From Octopus sinensis (lineage: Eukaryota): a stretch of 64,000 bases of DNA. Both the position numbers and the translations under genes were made by a program. The DNA lies in contig NC_043000.1 of the NCBI RefSeq assembly GCF_006345805.1, positions 14,260,001 through 14,324,000 on the forward strand, in the 5' to 3' direction. Below are positions 11,762-23,711 of this stretch, one piece after another; the stretch's first letter is position 1, and each line of letters begins with the position of its first letter. The notes under the pieces are model-generated. The model searched no databases. It saw only the letters and a program-made list of their open reading frames with translations, and was not told the origin of the DNA.

Positions 11762-12465
11762 TAAATTTGGTAGCTACTACTAACATATTGAGCGACTGCA
11801 CGGAAGCTTTCCTCGTTGGTCCACCTGCCAATAGTAACCAGAAAATTATTTCGAAAAGGAATATTTTCTGATTATCTATTCGCTCCCCAAACAATGTCTT
11901 TATATTAAAAGTATCAAGAACAATGAATTTCTCTGAAAGATAATCTCACATTTTAGTGATTTATACTGCTCTTCTCAAAATGTTGTTTGTCCAACACCAA
12001 GCCTGATCTGTCAAACCTATAATCAAAGGCTTTCCATCTGTGACCTTATCATCGTCTTGTATATCAGATACTACATAGTTTAAAGTATCTTTAGACAATG
12101 TAGTATCTGATGGACAGTAAGGTGTGATCTGAGGGTGCTGTTTTGCTGAACAGCTAAGTTACAGTGACCTAAACTTTTTAACACCGGTCGCCAAGCGGTG
12201 AGAGACGAGCACACAAATTCACACGTACATGCAAATAAGTATATGCGGCAGGCTTCTGTGCAGTTTCTATTTATCATCTGTTTACACGTGTCAGAGTGAA
12301 CACATGTCACATTTGACGATTTGAGAGTAAGTTGAACCATGGAGGAAATGGGTTTGTGCGAAATTATTATTTCAAAATGAATTATAACGAAATAAGTACT
12401 TGTTCTATCTAGCCCTGCCGAAATTGCTGGCCTTGTGCCAAAATTTGATTTTGGTAAGCGCGATA

Positions 12466-12506
12466 ATATAGACACGTTTCGGACTTATGCGTCCTCAGCA
12501 AAACAT
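12466..12506 (-). ncRNA. Degenerate type I hammerhead motif
   Basis: TTGCTGA-GGAC-gcataa-GTCC-GAAA-CGTGT-C: two core substitutions, GUC triplet, helix I weak. Confidence 0.45.
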
Positions 12507-12641
12507 AGCCTTCTGTGCAGTTGCTAAAATTACGAATAAGAAACTACAATTATCTACAATAAAGTACACGAGTAGGCGTTAGAAATTATTATCACAATTA
12601 TTAAGGTGAATTACACAGAGAACTATCCGCGCGAAAAATAA

Positions 12642-12778
12642 CAGTCAAGTTAGTGCCATCGTGCTTAATGTAGTGAGAATAAAAAATCTAATTATAAATT
12701 AATAATCTCCTCATCGCATAGACATAATTAATTAAATTTTCTTTCTCAGTAGTTAGTATAATGGCACTAACTTGACTG
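12642..12778. repeat. Imperfect 137-bp foldback
   Basis: cagtcaagttagtgccat / atggcactaacttgactg (18 bp perfect) plus weaker inner pairing. Confidence 0.65.
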
Positions 12779-13042
12779 CAAAACAAAATAGTCACTGCAT
12801 GGATGCAGCTGTCTTTATGGCGGTTGGATGGGTAACAAGAACAGAAAAAGTGTGTTACAATGTAGATCAAAAGGACCAGAACATTCTCACGTTCTCTGGT
12901 AGCATCAAGGATTTTCAGAATATCGTTGGAGTGGAGTGGATAGGTGGAGTTGGTGAGAGCGGTTTTGTCTGAATGTGACGAAATCGGGGCAAACTCCAGT
13001 CTGCAACTGATGAAGGCAATGTTGCGCAGTACCATTATATCA

Positions 13043-13060
13043 AACAACAACAACAACAAC

Positions 13061-13099
<39 letters not shown>

Positions 13100-13114
13100 C
13101 ACTACTACTACTAC
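13043..13114. repeat. Compound (CAA)(CTA)(CAC) microsatellite
   Basis: Direct reading. Confidence 0.95.
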
Positions 13115-13289
13115 TCAGATTGTTTTCAATTTTGGTGTATTGTTGCAGCTCTGAATTTTGGTTACGATCAACCAATTACTTTATCTCGTAAATTAAAGAA
13201 TTTGATGTTACTTGGAATTAAAGTTGGGAAATTTGGGTAATTTTAGCCAATCAACAGACAGCGAGGCATTAACAGCTTGTTACCAAGAC

Positions 13290-13760
13290 AACCGCACATT
13301 GTGGTTTTCCCTTAATGGCAGAATTAATAGTCAAGACTGTTTAAGTATTTTATCTGATCAAATTCATCCTGTGGTTGCGGAACTGTTTCCGAGGGGAAGG
13401 ATGATAATGCACCAATTCACACAGCTAAAGTTGTTACTGAATGGCACAAGGAACATTCTACTAAAGTTGAACATCTTATCTGGCTACCACAGTCCCCAGA
13501 TCTCAATATTATTGAACATTTATGGTGCATTTTAGAAACACAAGTAAGGAGTCGATATCCTGTATATTTATCACTACAAGAACTGGAGACTGTTTTAGCT
13601 GAAGAATAGACAAAAATTTCTTTGGAAACAATTCAAACTTTGTACGAGTTCATACCTCGTAGAATGCAAGCTATAATTAGTGCCAAAGGCGGTCCTACCC
13701 CATATTAAAATTAATTTGTTTGAAATTTTAAGGTATTTCCATTATTTTGTCTAACCCCTG
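13290..13760 (+). mobile_element. Tc1 (DD34E) transposase 3' remnant with right terminus
   Basis: LNGRINSQD..., DDNAPIHTAK, WLPQSPDLNIIEHLW, IISAKGGPTPY*; ends ttgtctaacccctg-TA. Confidence 0.9.
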
Positions 13761-14355
13761 TATGTGCGTTCATATGTGTGCATGTGTGTATGTGTGTAGT
13801 GTTTGTATGTGTGTGTATGTGTGCGCATGTATGCATGTTATGAGTGTGTTTTGTGTGTAGGATCTAGTTAAATTGATTCACATATACATATAAACTTATA
13901 TAGGAATACATACATCCACATGCACTTATATATTAATGATGTACATGACAGGTATACATACTGAAATACGCATAAAGTAAACACAGGTAACAGGTCATTT
14001 CACAGACGCTAAACTATAAATTTCACAGGGTACAACCTTAAGGTTGACACCACTAAGTTGACTCCGCTGTCTCACTATTGGCTAAAAATACAGTTTTTTT
14101 TTCAATTTTTAAACCTCTGTAACTTTTTCCTCAATTTTTTTTCCACAAGACCATGGATTCACTGCAATAACAGTGGAAAACTACATCAATATAACCGATT
14201 TTCAGATTTTTTACTTTCATTTAAAAAAATGCAGAATCTGTGAATTAGTTTATCTAGATCCTATGTATGTATGTATGTAACAAAACCTTTAGAAACTAGA
14301 AACCTCAAGCTAGAATTAGAATCCCTGTGAAGAACAAATTACGTTATATATATAT

Positions 14356-14672
14356 ACAAGAGTTAAGGAAAGTAGTAAATAAGATCCGGGCTACATATGT
14401 TTCATAGAAGTGGGTAAATATCCTGGAGAGGTGTTTACTGCAGGCTGCTCTTCAGGCCAAGGATATCTTGATTAGATGAAATTTTACACTGTGGCAAAGA
14501 GGTACATGTTAACACATGGAAAATTCAATGAGAATGCTTATTCATATACTCGGCAACCGTGTTTTGCCTACCGTTAAATATAAAAAGAACATTTTTCAAT
14601 TTATTGTACTTCGATAAGAAAAAAATCCATAACCTTCCGTCTCAATAAACCACTACCGTCCCTGAAAGTCTT
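14356..14672 (-). mobile_element. (TA)n-bounded non-coding unit carrying a hammerhead (Penelope-terminal-repeat or retrozyme-like)
   Basis: TA runs at both ends; contains the hammerhead at 14389-14458. Confidence 0.55.
14389..14458 (-). ncRNA. Type I hammerhead ribozyme, intact catalytic core
   Basis: GGC-CTGAAGA-[helix II with gtaaa/tttac and cct/agg]-GAAA-CATATG-T-A-GCC; palindromic helix III ACATATGT; GUA cleavage triplet. Confidence 0.75.
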
Positions 14673-14809
14673 TATATATATCTACTACGGTTTTCTTGAA
14701 GCTTTCTTCCTACATCTCAATCCTTGGATATTATATATATATATACACTGTGTCCTCTGCATAGCTGCAGTCTAATGACTGAAATGAGTAAACTGAAATG
14801 AGTAATATA

Positions 14810-15164
14810 TACTTTTTTACTTGTTTCAGTCATTTGACTGTGGCCATGCTGGAGCACCGCTTTTAGTCGAGCAAATCGACCCCAGGACTTATTCTTTGTA
14901 AGCCAAGTACTTATTCTATCGGTCTCTTTTGCCGAACCGCGAAGTTACGGGGACGTAAACACACCAGCATCGGTTGTCAAGCGATGTTGGGGGGACAAAC
15001 ACATACACACACACACACACACGCACGCACACACACACACACACATACACACACACACATACACATATATACGACGGGCTTTCAATTTCCGTCTACTCAC
15101 AAATCCACTCACAAAGGTGCCATGCAGTGGGACTGAACCCGGAACCATGTGGTTGGTAAGCAAG
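14810..15164 (-). mobile_element. SINE-A, internally deleted, head replaced by an inverted duplication
   Basis: Family match up to gtaagcaag, then fold-back. Confidence 0.9.
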
Positions 15165-15214
15165 CTTGCTTACCAACCACATGGTTCCGGGTTCAGTCCC
15201 ACTGCACGGCACCT
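15115..15214. repeat. 100-bp zero-spacer palindrome
   Basis: Centre AAG|CTT at 15164/15165; 42-bp perfect arms, 50 bp with one mismatch. Confidence 0.95.
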
Positions 15215-15554
15215 ATATATATGTGTGTAGTATCAAAATGCTTTATTTTACAACTATGAAATGTATTGTTATTGTGATGATTTTATCTTACTATAATCAA
15301 CAAGAAACGCATTTCGTCAATATAAAAGTCTTTTTTGAATTAGAAATAACACTATCAAAACATGATGGTAAAACAAAACAAATATTATTTGTTTTCTTGT
15401 TGGCACCAATGTACTGTAGCCGTAGTCTTTCACGTCGTTCACCAACCGACCTGTCTTCTGAAAAAAAATCAGTGGAATCAGTCGATCTCCATACACAGAT
15501 TATTTTCCTCCTGAAACTTATATTAGGGGAATCGATTTAACTAGATCCCTCTTG

Positions 15555-15657
15555 TTTTGGAGGAAATTCGATTTCTATTTCTAGAAGGTTAAATAACCAC
15601 ATAGAGGCTACTTCAGCGGTTTAGTAAGACACTTATTTAACTAACCCGGTGCCCTAT
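15555..15657 (+). repeat. About 100-bp dispersed repeat (second copy 23609-23710)
   Basis: aaattcgatttctatttcta.aaggttaaataaccacatagaggctac.tcagcggtttag.aagacacttattt shared by both copies. Confidence 0.8.
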
Positions 15658-16307
15658 TTTCCTCCTGAAACACATATTAGGCGCACCTTTCTATAAGCCG
15701 ACACTAAATTTTCCAGGTAAAAAACAGCGGCTTATACACCGGAAAATACGTTAATTGTAGTGGCAGTGACAAGTTCGCTCACTGGTTGGTAGTTGATAGT
15801 ATAGAAGAGGCTGTCTGCTCGTAGAAACGGAAAGAGTAAGGAATTCACAGTGCTGGAAAGGATAAGATACGAATAGAACAGAGTGGTGACATTTATTAGA
15901 GATGATCCTCTTCGTTTACTATCGCAAACAGCAGTAGCTTTCTTCAACTGAACACACGTCATTGATTGGTTAAAATTACTGAAATACGACAACTTTAACA
16001 CGAAATAACTTCTAAGATACGAAATTTTGTCAAAAATGTTCAAAGTAAACCGTGTTCTGCGTGAGAAATTACACCAGTATACGAAGTTTCAAACTGTTCA
16101 GTTAAAAATTAATTTTAAAAATCTGTGAGCCAAACTGAACAGGTCCTAATTCACTTGTTTCAGTTATAAGACTGAAGCCATGCTGGGGCACCCCCGTCAA
16201 GAATTTTACGCACACGCTAGCACGCGCGCGCACACACTAGGACTTCGGTTTGTACTTTATTAAGCTATTCAAATTAGTGGCCGAAAAATAATCGCATATT
16301 TTTATTA

Positions 16308-16373
16308 AAATATGGGGTTATTTAAATAAAATAACCTCATATTTTATTAAAATTAATAAAATATGAGGTTATT
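16308..16373. repeat. AT-rich palindrome cluster
   Basis: aataacctcatattttattaa-aa-ttaataaaatatgaggttatt (21-bp arms) plus a third inverted unit upstream. Confidence 0.85.
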
Positions 16374-16469
16374 AAATGTTTAGTTTACTAAAAATTGATC
16401 AACGCCAAAGAAATCATGTGTGTGTGTGTATGTGTATATGCGTGAGTGTGTGTATGTGTGTGTGCGCGT

Positions 16470-17095
16470 GTGTATCTTGATATCTGTGTGTTTCCCTCAG
16501 CCGGTGTTTGTTTGTTTACGTCCTCGTGAATTAGGATTTCGACGTAAGAAATCGATAGAATAAGTACTAGATTGTAAAAAAAATTGGATCTTTTCGGCGG
16601 TTTGAACGGCAGTTTTTAACATAATTTCTAGGTAACTAAAAAAATTTAAATTCCGTATACTGGTAGAATGCGTTTATAAAACATCTTTTTCTCTTGGCTT
16701 CACTGAGAAAATTCTATAGTTTGTAAGATATTTGTTGTTTCTTTTCTTCAATTTCTGCAATTTCAACCAATCAGTGACGTCCATTGAGGTAAAAAAACAT
16801 TCTGTGCCGTATGAATATGTCCCTCGTTTAAGAAGCAGATTGGGTTTATTTACATTTCTGAAGAAAAAAAGATACCCTTCCCCACCCCTAATCCTAAAAG
16901 AGATTGAAATGCAATAGATCGATTATAGGGTCATAATTATGGGTGACAATTTCATATGACACCGCTAGAAAAAACTGCCGGTCAAACCGAAAGGATCCAA
17001 AAAAATAATTACTGAGGTCAATTTGTTCGATTAAAATCTTTGAATGTGGTGTTCCAGCATGGCCGCAATCTATCGACCGAAGCTAGTAAAACGTA
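16470..17095 (+). mobile_element. Old SINE-A 3' half, split by a Merlin-like MITE
   Basis: gatagaataagtactag before the MITE and gtggtgttccagcatggccgc after it. Confidence 0.65.
16586..16998. mobile_element. Merlin-like MITE (413 bp)
   Basis: ggatcttttcggcggtttgaacggcagttttt / aaaaactgccggtcaaaccgaaaggatcc TIRs; A-rich 8-bp TSD; paralogue of 33088-33508. Superfamily inferred from GG termini plus 8-bp TSD. Confidence 0.75.
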
Positions 17096-17336
17096 AAACA
17101 CACACACGCACACACATATACATATATAGTCGAGAGCGAGGTGGGTAGAGAGATATTCAGACAGAAAACGGAGTGTTGGTGAATGAAACTGAGAGAATAA
17201 GTTAATTAATAGGTGAATGGTAAAGACACTTTAATTTGAAACTATTTTAGCTTGACATAAAAGCAACGAGTACATGTGTACCAGTGTTGTTTGTTGAGCG
17301 TGGGTGTTTGACTGACACTTGGTATGGGCCGGCAAC

Positions 17337-17363
17337 ATGGCGGCAAAATATTTGTGCAAACGG
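17337..17363 (+). CDS. Candidate first coding exon (MAAKYLCKR) of an unidentified gene
   Basis: caacATGGCGGC start context and in-phase donor CGG|gtagga; no homology recognised. Confidence 0.25.
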
Positions 17364-17957
17364 GTAGGAGGAGGAGGGAAACCAGCACCTGGAGTGAAAT
17401 GAGGGGAAGAGGAGAATAAATAAATATACAGAGTAAAAAATAAAGAAAATGAAATAAAAACAACAGAAAAAGAAAAGTGAACCAAGCTACCAGCCATCAA
17501 CACATTAACCAGATGGAAAGGTCAATGGTTGATAAGGAGAGTGGACATCAAACGGACAGGAGGTATGTGTGGAGATGGTGACATTGAACAAAAGAACTGT
17601 TGTTGTACGCTGTACGAAGGGTCGTGAGCTTTGTGCGGGTGCCATTGTTGTTAAGGTGTCGAAACGGTTGTCAGCTGGACGGCGGGAAAAGGTGAAAGTA
17701 CATTGATAAATATCTTGAGACATAGCGTCGCTTACCGTGAGAAGTCTACAAACATGCATATATTCATCATGGGTGTTTTGAGTGACATTATGGCTGAAAG
17801 AAATTGATAGAGGTGGAAAGTTAAGAGAGAGAGAGAAGGAAGAAGAAAAAATAAGGGAAAGACAATGACAGTTAAAATAACATGGAAGCCAGTAAGAGAC
17901 GAAGATACACATAAAACAAAGAGGGAGGTAAGAAACGAAAAGAATTTAAAAAAATAT

Positions 17958-18188
17958 ATTTCTTTACTACCCACAAGGGGCTAAACACAGAGGGGACAAA
18001 CAAGGACAGACGAACGGATTAAGTCGATTATATCGACCCCAGTGCGTAACTGGTACTTAATTTATCGACTCCGAAAGGATGAAAGGCAAAGTCGACCTCG
18101 GCGGAATTTGAACCCAGAACGTAACGGCTGACGAAATACGGCTACGCATTTCGCCCGGCGTGCTAACGATTCTGCCAGCTCGCCGCCT
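17958..18188 (-). mobile_element. SINE-B
   Basis: Full-length family match. Confidence 0.92.
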
Positions 18189-18478
18189 TAAGAATTTTTT
18201 AAAATAATGGAACAAACAAAATGGGTTTTAAACTAGGAGCGGTTTTGGTTGCAGCATGTGGTCGTGTAAGAGGTTGATGAGGTGGCAGAAAAAAAGGAAA
18301 ATTCCAGGTGCTACTACGACATTGTATATCTATTTCTTATTACATCCGGCTTCTCTTTCACCCCTAACTGGAATTAATTGTCCGCTCATTATAGATTTAT
18401 AACTCGACTCTTTTATTGTATCTCTCCCACCTCTTTCTCCATCACTTCCTTTCTCTTTCTTTGTCGTCCTCACCACTC

Positions 18479-18900
18479 TTTTTTTTTTTTTTTTTTAATT
18501 GGTTGAGTCCATTGACATCTCTCATTTGCAATGGTATCTTGTCTGGGATGGTACGGCTTCTACATACAAAAACATTCTAGACAGCGTTTCCCCCAAGACA
18601 CCATTCATCTAATTAGCAAAGACTTAGTCACCAGCACACCAATAATTAGTGAGTAAAAGTAAAATACATACTAGTTCTTATCTCTGTCTCGCTTACCGTT
18701 TCTGCGACGATTAATCACATTCTAAACAAACAATCTGCTTACTTTCCATTCAAATCCACTCCAAGCACACTACTTTCTCTCGGCCCTCCTATATTGTGTC
18801 ATCCTACCAAACCCCAAACTAAGCATTTTGCTTAACCTTTAACTTAAAAGAATGAATATCAACTGCATTGACCCCAACATTCTGGGATGGTCTATAAAGG
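18479..18900 (-). mobile_element. Poly(A)-tailed retroposed fragment, family unknown
   Basis: T18 run at 18479-18496 followed by non-repetitive degenerate sequence; 5' boundary and TSD not found. Confidence 0.3.
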
Positions 18901-19664
18901 TGTGAATACGGTTCTCCCTTCAACTCATAAAAATTTTCTTAAGCTTTTGCTCCGGTTCATATTTTTACTTTTAAGGATGCTTTGGATTAAATCAGCTGCT
19001 ACTTTATTTTATCAATATCGAAAAAATTTGAAGTCGGAACCTGATACTTTGTTACTAAATACTGGTTTCTAATCTAGGCAAGAGCTAGTAACTTTTAGGG
19101 GATGGGATTACCCCATATCATCGACTCCAGTTTGTGACTGGTATTTTTATTTCATCGACTTTTGCTACCGAATATAAAGCATTTTAGCCATCACTCGGTG
19201 ATTCTGTTATTTTGCTTCATTTCTCATCTAAATGAAAAAATAAAAATGGATCCCTTTATGTTATTTACTTTATCAAATGAGAATCTGGGTGAAATGTAGT
19301 AAATATTCTGGGTTCGATCCTACTGCGCTGCACTTTGGTAAAGTGACTTCTGTCAATCGACTTCAAAAAAATTCTTTTTTATTGCTTTGTCAGTAAGTAG
19401 GGGTTAGTAAGTGCACGTGATCCTTTATAATTTTTACTTTCAGGGCCTAAAAACTGGTTCGAAGAAGAGAGGAAATCATCTTTAAATCGGAGACCGGGTT
19501 CAAAATGCTTGCAATAGTGCGAACTCTGCAAATGACACGACAAAGATCGGGTGACAAGTAAAGTCTAAAACCCAAGAACTCAGAACGCAAAGAGAGGGTC
19601 TGAACAAATATCGCAAGATATCTGTTTGGATGTTCTACTAGTTCTATCAATCCGCCACTATGAA

Positions 19665-19915
19665 CTGATAATCTATTTTATCGACCCGAAAAGTGTAAAA
19701 GGCAAAGTCGAAAGTTGAGTATAGACAGCCCGATCAAATATTGCAAGGTATTTTGTTTCGACAATCCCCCACCCTGAACCGACAATGTATTTTATCGACC
19801 CAGAAAGTGTGAAAAGCAAATTTACCTCGACAGGATTTGAACAATAAGCGCAGAAGACCCGAAACAATACCACAAGGTATTTTATCCTACACTCTAACGA
19901 TTTTGCCAACTTGCT
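19665..19915 (-). mobile_element. Degenerate SINE-B dimer
   Basis: Two diverged ttttatcgaccc.gaaag.gt.aaa.gcaaa units. Confidence 0.6.
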
Positions 19916-20035
19916 GTATTGTGGGTGAGATCTGGTAGATGGAAACTATGCAGGCACATCGGGTAAATTGTATTTGATCTTGGGTGGAAGATGAATTTAA
20001 TCGCTGTTTAACTGTATCTCTTAGTTCTTGGATAG

Positions 20036-20418
20036 TGGAGGCGCAATGGCCCAGTGGTTAGGGCAGCGGACTCGCGGTCATAAGATCGCGGTTTCGATTC
20101 TCAGACCGGGCGTTGTGAGTGTTTATTGAGCGAAAACACCTAAAGCTCCACGAGGCTCCGGCAGGGGATGGTGGTGATCCCTGCTGTACTCTTTCACCAC
20201 AACTTTCTCTCACTCTTACTTCCTGTTTCTGTTATACCTGTATTTCAAAGGGCCGGCCTTGTCACTCTCTGTGTCACGCTGAATATCCCCGAGAACTACG
20301 TTAAGGGTACACGTGTCTGTGGAGTGCTCAGTCACTTACACGTTAATTTCACGAGCAGGCTGTTCCGTTGATTCGGATCAACCGGAACCCTCGTTGTCGT
20401 AACCGACGGAGTGCTTCC
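20036..20418 (+). mobile_element. SINE-C (tRNA-Arg-like head)
   Basis: ggaggcgcaatggcccagtggttagggcagcggactcgcgg; TSD agttcttggat; near-identical to 60329-60716. Confidence 0.92.
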
Positions 20419-21777
20419 ATTCAGTTCTTGGATGTTTTTAGCAAAGTCTATTGTTTTAAAGATCCAAGAGCAGCTGTTCGATTTCTTTTTCCCATTTCTC
20501 TCATTAGTCTTGGAAAGCTTTTTCAAAAAGGATCATAACCAATGTCCTTTCTCCCTTGGCTAAATCAATGTAATAACAAATGTTTCTGATTTAGACACAA
20601 AGTCAGTAATTTTGATTGTAGGTTTGTCGATTCCATCGATCCCACTACAAAATGGTGAAAGTCAAAAGTTGATTTGGGTGGAATTTGTGGTCAGAAGGTT
20701 AAAAGCTGGAAGAAATACTGTAAAGCATTTGGCCCGACGCTCAAACAATTCTGCCAGCTCGCCGTCCGACAAAGTGTAGATTGATTGATTAACGCGCGAC
20801 CAGCCGAAAGTTTTGGTGACTCGAATCTTGTCAACTCTCAAAAGCTTGGTTCATTTGATTGAGAATGGAAGCCACAGATGAATCAATAAGGCAGTTCCTA
20901 ATCTGTAATCTGCAGAACTCTGTGGCCTCTCAAAGATAGCATTTAGGTGCTGACTCAAATTTTTTTGAGTAATTAGAAACATTAGAAATTTTTTGAGTAA
21001 TTAGAAACATTAGAAAAAAATTTTTTTTCGAAAAACTCATTTACATGAAACGAATTCTTGGTTGGGAAAAGATTCAGAACCACTGATAAATATAGCAAAT
21101 ACGGCTCCTAAAAATTACATTGTATCGTTTTTATAATAAACACACTCTAACTAATATGGTCCTACATACTCTGATCCCGAAAAAAATCATCCAGGCTGCA
21201 AAACCATTTTTAAAAAATAATTTCTTTTTCGTGGATTAGAGGAGGAGAGTGATTAGCGTCCATTAACGTTTTCAAGGCATCTATGACTGGTAGGAGCAAG
21301 TTATCCTCGGATTGAAGAACTGACGCCAATGCTTGGAATAGAGTAGGAGCCTTCAAAGCCCCACCCTCACCATCTTGAAATACCCTGTGTTAAATCGGAT
21401 GATACATGAAGTATGCTATCCAAGAATAAATTAGTCATATCGTATAACCAATTTCCGTAACAAGGATTGGGTTGACTCAAGACTATGTCAAAAGGTACTT
21501 ACTTATCTAAGGTACTGCGTGTTTGGGTGGATCCCCAAAACTTGTAACTGTGAAGTGAACCTCTTAACGACACACCTATGCTTGATCATGAAGTATGCTC
21601 CAGGCTAATGTGGGCCTAAAACAGTAACAACTATGGGTACCATATGGTAGGTAATAGATACAACTGACTGTTCCAAGGAACGGTTGCAACATAAAATTGA
21701 AAAATGGTTCGTTACCTTACTGTACTGAGTTCAAATTCCCCTGTAGAGTCTATAACCTGGAAAGATATGGGCCATGA

Positions 21778-22007
21778 GGCGACGAGCTGGCAGAAGCGTT
21801 AGCACGCCGGGCGAAATGCTTAGCGATGTTTTGTCTGCCGTTACGTTCTGAGTTCAAACTCCGCCGAGGTCGACTTTGCCTTTCATCCTTTCGGGGTCGA
21901 TAAATTAAGTACCAGTTACGCACTGGGGTCGATGTAATCGACTGAATCCCTTTGTCTGTCCTTGTTTGTCCCCTTTGTGTTTAGCTCCTTGTGGGCAATA
22001 AAGAAAT
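21778..22007 (+). mobile_element. SINE-B
   Basis: TSD aagatatgggccatga(gg) on both sides. Confidence 0.93.
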
Positions 22008-22452
22008 AAGATATGGGCCATGAGGTGTTCCCCTAACCTGCGAAATATGCGTAATTGAAGTCTCAGACACAGCAGGCATTGGATTGGGGGAATAGTTGCC
22101 TTTTGTTATATGTTCCGGCTGTTAACGTTCTGTGGTAAATCCAGTCGAGATCAACGTTTCTTTACTTCCTCTGGAGATGGGTTAAGTACTATTCTAGTAC
22201 TAGTATCGACCAATGCCCCTCCCCTCAAAATTGCCGCCCTTGTGCCTAAACGAAAAGCAACGATGATAATATAGATAATTTCTAATATAAGCACAAGACC
22301 ACTCAGTTGTCGGGTTTGATAATTATTTCCATCGAATTTTGGAGAGGATGGTGTTGTTCGATATCATTCACCCTGTACTTGACCGGTACTTTATTTGATC
22401 GACCTTTGCAACTAAATTCAATAGTAAAATTGCGTAACTAAGAAATTAAAAT

Positions 22453-22650
22453 ATTCTTTTCTATTCTAGGCACAAGACCCGAAATTTTGGGGAGGGGGTC
22501 AGTCGATTAGATTGACTCAGTACGCAAATGGTACTTAATTTATCGACACCGAAAGGATGAAAAGCAAAGTTAACCTCAGCTGAATTTGAACTCAGAACGT
22601 AAAGACAGACGAAATACCTATTTCTTTATTACCCACAAGAGGCTAAAATG
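22453..22650 (-). mobile_element. SINE-B variant-tail unit plus the start of a second unit
   Basis: Shares diagnostic tacgcaaatggtac and about 30 bp of flank with 31143-31360. Confidence 0.8.
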
Positions 22651-22907
22651 TTTTATGCAGCACTCTTGCGATTCTGTTAGGTTCCACTATATTTAAACAT
22701 AAATAAATAACAAAGCCAGCCCAACTTCACTGACAAACTCTGATGGATTCATTGAAAACTGATCTCTACGAGATTTGGGCTTAGAATTCGCAGGAGGTGG
22801 CTAAATGCCGCAAGGCATTAATTTTGTTGTTTACGTCCCAGTCAACCTTGAACGAGTAAAGCTAAGATCAAAGAGACTTCAGCCGTGAATGGCTGCATTA
22901 TCTAGGG

Positions 22908-23554
22908 CAGTGGTTCTTAACCGGGTCAATATGACCCTTGGCGGGCCATATAAGATTTTGTTGTTACACTATATGTTCAATAAATTGGTCATACTTCTAC
23001 AATACACAATGTATTCAACAATATCTTAATAAAATTCCTATTAATATCTCTCTATATATAATGCTGAAGTTGTCTGTGTATGGCAGGTTTGGTAGCCTTC
23101 ACCTAACACTATCCCCTCCGAGCCCCTGCGGCGCAAGTTGACCAAAATTGAGAGTATGATAGAAGAAGGCTTGCTCTTACTGCCGTAGAGGAAAAAATTC
23201 AAATAGGACCATGTTAACACCAAAAATTATTTACATAAAAAAGGTGCTTTTTTTTCTATGAAAATCCCTATTTTTTACGATTTTTGAACTGCCATGTTGC
23301 AATTTTTGGGTGTATTTCAATCAGAAAAATACTCACTTAAAGAGAATAACAAGTTACATGATGCAAATTTTTTACTTTTCAAAAATTCCAATTCTAAAAG
23401 GTCGAAACAAAGCCGAGCAACGCCGGGCGATATTGCTATTTTAATAATAAAAATATAATAGGAATATTTTTAAACATCAAATGGCTATGGGGATCCAGCA
23501 GAGTAAAATAAGAATCAAAGGGACCCATAGGTTAAAAATAGATGAGAACCACTG
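22908..23554. mobile_element. hAT/Charlie MITE interrupted by a Helitron
   Basis: cagtggttcttaac ... gatgagaaccactg termini; left flank atctaggg fits a Charlie target; right TSD degraded. Confidence 0.7.
23047..23439 (+). mobile_element. Non-autonomous Helitron
   Basis: A|TCtctctatatataa start; ccgagcaacgccggg hairpin, then ctat|T end. Confidence 0.75.
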
Positions 23555-23711
23555 ATTTATGCAACATTATCAAATGTGTCTACTTATCTTTTAAAATAGC
23601 GAGACCTGCTTTGGAGAAAATTCGATTTCTATTTCTATAAGGTTAAATAACCACATAGAGGCTACGTCAGCGGTTTAGCAAGACACTTATTTGACTAACC
23701 CGTGCGCCCTA

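Noticed and set aside
12757-12972. ORF YNGTNLTAKQ...GFV with acceptor- and donor-like sites
   Set aside because: Its 5' end is one arm of the 12642-12778 foldback and no protein family was recognised
20036-20110. tRNA-Arg-like sequence (also the heads of other SINEs)
   Set aside because: No complete cloverleaf or acceptor stem; it continues into a multicopy SINE body with a TSD
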